62,458 nt of DNA from Barthelona sp. PAP020 (Eukaryota): the NCBI GenBank assembly GCA_040182905.1, contig JARQWU010000031.1, forward strand, positions 1 through 62,458, in the 5' to 3' direction. Shown here one piece after another: positions 34,201 through 43,200 of this stretch (its first letter is position 1; each line of letters begins with the position of its first letter). The notes beneath the pieces were generated by a model, which was not told the origin of the DNA, did not search any database, and worked only from the letters and a program-made list of their open reading frames with translations. The translations under genes and the position numbers were made by a program.

Positions 34201-37200
34201 CTGAAATACTTAGAATTAAACGTTATAAATGCAACAATTCTCTATTACCCCTCGATAGTTCATTGTATGTATTGTGAAACCTTGAAAGCCGAAACTAATC
34301 TTGATATCTCTTTTGAAAGTACATCACAATCTATATATTTACAAGGTAATTTTATGCTGGAACAGTTAGCAATACCAAAAGATTTTTTTGTTTATAATGG
34401 ATTGATGATTGTTAAACAAGATTTTGGCAGACCTTTATTAACTGATGTTGGTTTTCAAGTTCAAACAAACGGATATTTGAATTATAACTCTTCTTTAAGT
34501 GGATATAATCTTATTTTCTCCTTTTATAATGGTATTATTGAAGAAATAGCTGTAACAGAAGCAGCTATTGTCTTTTATTACAACAATACTCAAGAAGTGG
34601 ATAAAAATATCACCATATTGGCTAATCACACTTCATTTTTATTTGTCAATGACACGATTGCATACGAAATGTATGAATGCAACATTATTTTGCAATATCT
34701 TCCAACAATTAGTTATGAATTATTCTTTGAGGAACTAGTGATATACAAAGGAATTGTTAGTCAAACGTTTGATTCAACTTTGATGTTTAAAAAAAAATTG
34801 ATCGGAAAGAATTTAGTTTTTGACCAATGCTCATTGGGTTCTTCCATTAATTTGGATTTAAAAATAGCTTTTATAAGTGGATTTCAAAGAGATTCTTTTT
34901 TAGCAACGAATGGCTTTGATCTAAGGGTTTTTTCATTAGGAAATATCACTTTCATTGATGTTTTAACCAGTTATTTATATGTTGATGTCTTAGAGAGTGT
35001 AGATTTCAAAGGATTGATGAATTTTGTCGAATCCCTTGGTGTGATGAAGGAAATTGATGTAATTAAACCTTTGGATATCAGTCTGTTCAATAGCAATTTT
35101 GACACCAGTCAAATCTTTGAATACAAACCACATTTAATTTTATTACCTAAACGAGATTTAATCTCAAGCAATGAAACATCAATCGAAGAATCAACCTTGG
35201 ATAAAAGTGTAATTTTGAAGAGAAGTGCTGAAGTTTTTGGACATTTAAACATTTATACATACTCTACTGTTCATATCAAAGGAACTTTTTACCGAATATT
35301 CGGAATAAATGCAAGTGTTGAGTATGAATTTATGCCTTCAAAAAGTTTTGAATTGCAAACGTTTTCCGTCGCTTATTTGTTTATTAATGCAATTACACCT
35401 GATGATAACGTTTTCACGTATTCTCCCAATTTTAATGTTTTTAAAATGGTTACTTCTGTATCTTTGTACTTGGATTATTGGACAACTCTTGAATTTATGG
35501 CAATTTTTGAAGGTGAGGATGAAAAGGCTGCAATTAGACACAGTCGAAACGTCTTTGTTTCGTATGATTTTGCTAGGAGCAATATAAATCTTGAAGTGGA
35601 TAATACAACAATTGTTTTTGAAACTTTGAAGGAGTTCTATGTTCATTGCGAAAAGTTAACTGTTTCTGATTCATATCTCAAGGGAAGATTTGCAGCAAAA
35701 ACCCTTAATATTCATGGTAGTAATCAAATGAACAACAAGTTAATTGTGACTGAATCTCTGATACTTGATGAAGAAGTGCATGGTAATGTCCCCTTGTATT
35801 GTCATGGGTTTGAATGTCATTTGATCTTATTTAATGTTGAAGATGAACAGTTGCTTGATATTCAAAGAATAAAGCGGAAGATTCGTGTTTATTTCAATGG
35901 AACAACATTATCAGACATTATTTTAGATAGTTTGTTCGTTAAGAGTAATTCTGTATCTGTGGGTCTTTCTTCTATTGAGTCACAATCTTTGGATTTGTGG
36001 AATGTTGAAAATTCTTTGATAAATCTCGTTGTTGGAGAATCAGAGATGGAAAATGTCCGAACAAAAGGCTGTATTTCAACTATTAATAATTCGACGATTT
36101 TTGGACATTTATTTCAACAAATGGAGAATCTGATTGTTTTTCATAATTCTACTGCTTCTGTCATGTCTTTCTCAGGTGGTAGACCGTTTATTGGTGTTGA
36201 AATAACTAGTAACGTATTTTCCTCAAGATTATATCCTTATTCCATCAATTATATTGACTTATCCAGTAATTTTACCAATTTGCATGTTGTTGAAATTAAA
36301 AATGAATTGATTGGTCATTTAGATGGGATTGTGATTGTTCAAACAATGGTCAACGAAGATTCATCCGCTTTTAAACCCTTGATTGAAAGTGTTGATCAAG
36401 TGTTTATTGGGGGTATTGTCAAAGATATTGTCGTGAGGAATTCTCCTCAAGTTAACATGATGCTGATTAGTCAGGAAGGTACTATTGAAAACAGTAATTT
36501 CAATGGTACTTTTATTGGTCTATCAACTGTTGATGTTATTGGAAACCTAAAGAATATTAATCTATTGTCAAATTATGTAACTTTTGGTGACAGTGTAGAC
36601 TTTTCTGGAAACATCATTGTGTGGACAGAAATCACTTTTGAAATTTTTGACGTGTCTTTCTTTGGTGAAACACTAATTGGATATAAAATGGCAGATAATG
36701 GTGATACAAGAGGTGATGTTGGAGGTGATGTTGGAATCATTGATTTGAGGAACATAAAAAATATTTATTTTCATCAATTTACAAGGAAAATGAAGAGTTT
36801 TGAACTAAATATTTGTGGTCATGACATTGATACCCAAATTTCGGGGAAAAGCGTAACTCTGATTGCAAATAAACATGTATTTGGAGATTTTGATACTCTT
36901 AGTTTAGTAGTTGGTGATTCAGACATGATTTTGGTTTCATCCAGTGAAGGAATTGATATGAACTTGATAACTACCGAATCTAATGAGTATATGAATACAA
37001 GTATTTTTTTCTTTTCACCAACTCAAGAATCAAATGGAGCAACAGTTGTCAACTTTGAGAATAAGATAAATCCACATATATACGTTGATGTGCATATATT
37101 TGAGGGAGATGTTGAGTTTTCTGATAGTTGGTTTGAAAGTGGCTGTTCAGGGCCATTTTCTAAGGTTAAATTGAATAAAGAAACTTTCAACTTTCAATCT

Positions 37201-40200
37201 TATGGAAGCGCTTTTGAAGGTAATGGAAATATACATTTAAATAACAATTCAATTGCATATATTATTGATGCTGATGATTTTGACCTATTCAGCAATCTTT
37301 CAATTGTTGTCTTCAGAGATATCAATGAATTCGTTACAACGATTCAATTGAAGAATGTTTCTTTCATTCTTGATGGTATTTCAATTTTTGAAAAGGATTT
37401 CACCTCTAAAACCTCTGTATTTGTGCTTTCTGATGATATAGAGTTCTTGGGTAATGTGTTTGTCAATAGACTTTTTGGAGAAGCAATAAGCGTCTCAGGA
37501 ATGGTTTTAAGTGTTGAAGATATCCTATTTGCTATGGATTTGAATGTAAATACGTTAGTTTGTGAAGAATTATTAGTGAAAAATGCTGAAATTGTCAAGT
37601 TTATACCAAATGACAATATTTGTCATAATTGTGTTTTGAGCGGTTCATATTTAAAAATAGATAATTTTGTTTTGGAAGTTTTTTCAGGTGAAATGACTGG
37701 ATTTTTAGTATATAAGGGAAATGAACCTCTAAAAATGCAAGAAGTTAATTCTAACTTGTGTGTAAATGTTTCAATTGTGTCAATAACAGATTGTTCATTC
37801 AGATGCATTTATGAAGTTGATGAAATAAATGGGAACAATTTAAAAGTTGATATGATATTAGTTGATATTGAATTTCTTTTGACGATTGATATTTTGACTG
37901 TTGATCAATTTATTGTTGGTAGGACAATCACTGGTGAACAAGAAAAATTTACAACAATTGATTGTGGTCTCATCATTATATCAGATTCTTTACAAGTGAC
38001 GCATATTGTTAGTTCTTTGATCATTGCGAACACGCTTATTGTCGATGATCTATTAGCAAATAGTATTTTATGCGCTAATATTGAAGGTAAATTACTTAAT
38101 GATGGTGATAGTGATTTGAAGATACCTAGGGTATATAGTTCAAATTATTGTGAAATTGAGTCAATGAATGATGGATATCTTTTTTGTTTCAATTCATTGA
38201 GTATTATTGAGTCTTCCAATACAACTTTTGGAAGTAATTTCTCGTTTGGATATTTAAATAACAGTGGTTTCATTAAAATTAACAAAGAGGCAATAGCTTG
38301 TATGAATAGCAATATCAGTATTACTTTAAACTCAAAAGAATTCAACAATTTGACAATTATTGACACTGAGATTGTTTTACAAACTTTTGATAACATTACA
38401 TTAGAATATTTAAACATTACAAGTTCAATTTTAAATTGCAGTTCCCATTTTGAGATTGATTATTTGACGCTTATTAATAGTTCTCTCTCGATTGAAATGA
38501 TGATTAAAGAATTGTATGGTAATAACAGCATTTTTTTAAAAGATGCTATTTATGTATATGATCGTGCTGAGTTATGGAATGTTTCGAGTAAGATAATCAT
38601 TTTTACTGGAACTTACATATTTTCAGATTGTACTTCTCAAAATTGTTTCACAAACGTTTTAATTGATTCAAATTTTGTCTTAAATTTACCAAAAGTTATT
38701 GGAACATTCAATCAATTGATAATTACCAATAAAACAACCATTGATAGTGACTTTTATTTAAAGAAAGAAATCAATGAAGAAGATTATTTATTTTACAGTT
38801 TTTATGGTGATTTTATTGATTCTTTTGAAGATAAATATTTTATTTTCAGCAAAGATCAAAAAGTCGCTGGAGGAATTGATATCAATATGAATAAAACAAT
38901 ATTTAACAATTCAATGATACGTATAAATGAAGATTTTGCAAATGAAGAAAATCAACAACCACACATAATAGATTCTTCAAATTTAGTGGTTTTTGTTAAT
39001 ATAGCAACATTAACAGATGAAATAATTATGTTTGATCAAAATATTCAAAATATTACAATAATTTGTTTGCTAAATAATTGTAATTTTGAAAATTTAAACA
39101 TTCCAAACTTTTTCAAATTAATTGGGAATTTTTCTTTCAAAGAACAAACTTTTCAAAATGATTTACAAATAGGTTGGTTTTTTGATGCAAAAGAACAAGA
39201 AAAACTCTTTATTCTAACGAATTACAATGAGAAAAATCCATATTCAACCATTTTAAATAGTACAGTGATGTTAACGACTAATGATTCTTTTTCTGCGTTA
39301 TTTGCTCGCAAAATTGATGCAAAAACATCGTTATTGTTCAATAACAAAGATATTTCAACAATAAATGTGCTTATGTGTTCAGATCATTGTATTTTCAGCA
39401 ATATATTTGATTCTAACACTTTTATATATTCTTCAAACTTCTTAACAACATCATCATTGGTCATCAGCCAAGGTGTTGTTTTAAAAGATGTGCTGATTTC
39501 TAATGGTATATCATCAATTGATTATTTATTCAATTATATTTGTTCTTTTGATGATATTACAATAGAAACAATACAGGAAGGCATGTTGTTAGCAATATTC
39601 AAAGGTGATTGTGTGATTAGTAATTATATTTCTGTTGATACTCTTTATATTAAGGATACTGGACAAATAACAATTAATGAAATAAAATCTGTGGATTTGT
39701 TGATTTCTGCTGGTATTTTTAGCTATACAAATATCGAAAACATTGATTTGAATGTGATGTTTGTTTTTGATGGGGTAATATCATTAGCACCATTGATAAC
39801 AACATGTTCTTTGGGATTTATAGTGGATAATTTGATGGAAGATTCAACTTCTCTATCAGTGAATGTGTACATGTTTTACGATAATTTAGAAAGTTTACCA
39901 AAAATAACTTCTTGTTCATTTGATGACGGAATTGGTTCAGTTGTGGAATTATCCAAATATACTTGTTCAGGATATATGTTCATACGACCTTTAGAAGTTT
40001 CAATGATAAATTTATTCACTTCTGATGAATATGAGTTCATTATTGAAGATGATGAAGACATCGATACTTATTTTTCTATCAATTTGCCAATTGGGTCTGG
40101 TAAGTTTTCAATCTCTGTTGTGAATAAATTTGATAAGAAAAGCGTAAGAGTTTTCAAGGATCACTATCCTATTCCAACAATTTATTATGTGGATTCAACT

Positions 40201-43200
40201 GCTTTGACAACAAGTATAGGTTCTCTTATCATTTATGGTGATCATTTTGGTATTTCTAAAATAGGTATGAATGTTTTCTTTGATGGAACAGATGTTATTG
40301 ATCTGTGTGATGTTGTGAATAATGGTAAAATTGAATGTAGTAACCTTCCTGAAGGTTATGGGAGTATTCAAATAAATGTTGGGCTAAGTGATCAAATCAG
40401 TGATGATTTTACTGTTTCTTTCTTGCCACCATCAATTGAGTCTTTCGATTGTACTGTATTGGATATTTACACAATCAATAAAGCCTGTAAAGTTACAGGA
40501 AATAATTTTGGACCGATTGATGTTGTAAACGTTGATTTCATATCCAATGATAGTGAATCTACTGCAAATTTCGAATTATTATCAGTGATCAATACACACA
40601 AAGAGATTGAAATGCTCTTTAATCTGAATCATTTTGGTGGCGTTTTTATTTTCAATATTGGTACAAAATCAATCAACACTACTGTCACACCAACTGATGG
40701 CACTTTTTTGACTTCAACAATTACAAATACTTACACTGTTTCAAAAATCGTGTTTGCTTTTAAGAATCTATTTTTAAATGGAAAGGATGTGTCAATGATT
40801 GTCAATGGTAGCTGCTGTCATGAATATTCTGTTATGAAAACTGAAGAAAGTATTCAAAAGATAACCATTGACAATGTTGATTGTGTGCATGAAATTCAAT
40901 TTGACTTTGAATCCAAATATTCTAAAATTAGACTGGTTGAAACCATACCAGTTTTGTGGCAAGAAGCTTCAAACAAGTTCATTGGTGGAACTGTGGGGAC
41001 TATTCCAATGTTCACCTTTGCCACTTGTTTGAAAAATAATTTACAGATTAGAATTGACAGTTCCATTGTCAATATTGTTGAATTGAGTTTTTATAACGTC
41101 TTTGTTACAATGCCTCTCTTAATGGGTGAATTTTCATACGAGTTACTGTTAGAAAAAGAAGTCATTTCCACAAGTCCTCACAAATTGAATTTCTATCCAC
41201 CCAATGTACAATCATTTGATCCTTCCTTTGTTAGTTGTCTGTATGAATTCAATGTATCATTTGTTGGCCCTTACTTTGGTGCTGCTGGTATGGAAGCTAT
41301 TCTGTTATTATATGACTCAGACACAATGGAATTAGTAAGTGAATATTTTGGAGAAGTTGTGAGAAATGATTTAGTAGAATTTTCATTGATAGGAAACGAC
41401 ATTGAATGGTGTGTGAATTCTAAGACATTCAGTTCGCTTTTGAGTATCAATAATGTTAAATCGGATTACATGTTCAATGTTCCTTTTACAAATGGAGTTG
41501 TTTATTCACCATACACAATTTCTTTCAAGGATGCAATTATAATTTATGTTTACATGGATTCTGTTGTTTTACAAAGTTTCATTTTTAAAGTGTTTAATGA
41601 CACATTTGAATTGGAAATAATTTGTTATCCAAACAGTGAAAATAATGAACAAAACTATAAGTGTACATCAGAAGCAATTTTGACGGCGGGAGAATATCAA
41701 ACCAATGTTGTTGTCGATGAATCAACTTTAAATGCCAGGAACTTTTTCGTTTATGAATTAAGCGATCATTTTGTTTATTTACCACCAGACACGAGTATAA
41801 ACGATGTAGCTTTAAAGGCCTATTATGGTAATCAATTAGTTTTTTCGAATTATAACTCAGTTTTCATGGTTACTGATCTTACTTCGACTGGTGTTCTTAT
41901 AAATATTTTTAGTAATGATAAAATAGGTGTTGAAATGTATTCTTTATCAATTGGTTCAGAAACTTTTAAAAATGTTTTACGTATTGAGATTTTTAGCTTT
42001 GATTTTGAACCAAAATGGGCTTTAATCAATGAATCAACTGATATTGTGATCAAATTGGAATTAGTCGAACCAGAAATTATTTTCAATGGTGATTTCACTC
42101 TATTGTCTTCATTGTGTGAGATTTATGACAGTTCAAATGGTGAGATTGTTTGCGAATATCTTTCAAAAGATTTAGGTGTCTTTGAACTGTATGTAGAGAC
42201 ATATTTTATTGAAACAGATATCACATTTATTCCTGAGTTTTGTCTTGGAAATATTGAAGTGTTTTCTACCGATTTTTTGCTAATTGATTTACCGATAGTC
42301 AATCAACAATTGGAGTTCAACATTAATTTTACAGGATCGTCAGAATATAATTCATTACCCTCAATGTTACAAGTAGAATTAATTTCTTCCGCAAATACTA
42401 ATTACACGAGTTGTAAGCTGAAAAACAATGCATATCAGTGTGTTGTTTTGATCAATTCTTCCAATTCAATCAGCGTTGTTTATAATTCTGTTGTATTGGG
42501 GGTTATTGAACCGTATGATCTTCCAATCATTTACAATTGTGATATATATAGCTTTTCAAACTTGTATCTTCCTTCAATATCATGTCTATGTGTAAGCTGT
42601 GGTCGTATTACCAATCTTTTCTTGCAAAACAATAAAAACTTGAAGCAAAGTGCTTTAACATATGAAATAGAGGTGAAAACTGGTTTTATTATTTTTAAAG
42701 TGAATGATGACGATTTGGAATTGACTGAATCGATGAGTTTAGATCTGATCATTGAATATGAAGGGATATATCAGAATACAAATCCAATTTCCTTCAATTT
42801 TACACATTGTTACGTTTCTCATTCTGAACCATCTGTTCTTTTTGATAGTACTAATGATTACGTCACTCTGAAAGGATATTTTGCTGGATTAAATGATAGC
42901 CTTGTTCAATGTGTGTATTTACATCAATTCATTGTTAATGCTCAACTTGTTGATGTCAATACGATCATTTGCGATCCTTTTGGATTGACATATTCTGGTA
43001 ACTTATTAATAAGTTTATTAATCAATGCTGAACTCTCTGATATCGAGTTTGACATATTATCTTCTGTAGATGCAAAAGTTTGCAGTGTGGAAGAATTTTC
43101 TGACAATTTGAAAACAGTTATTAATACAAGTGATTATTTTATTAAACTAGACTATTCAAATGAAGATGGGTTGAATGATTTATGGGTTGATCGTTGCAAT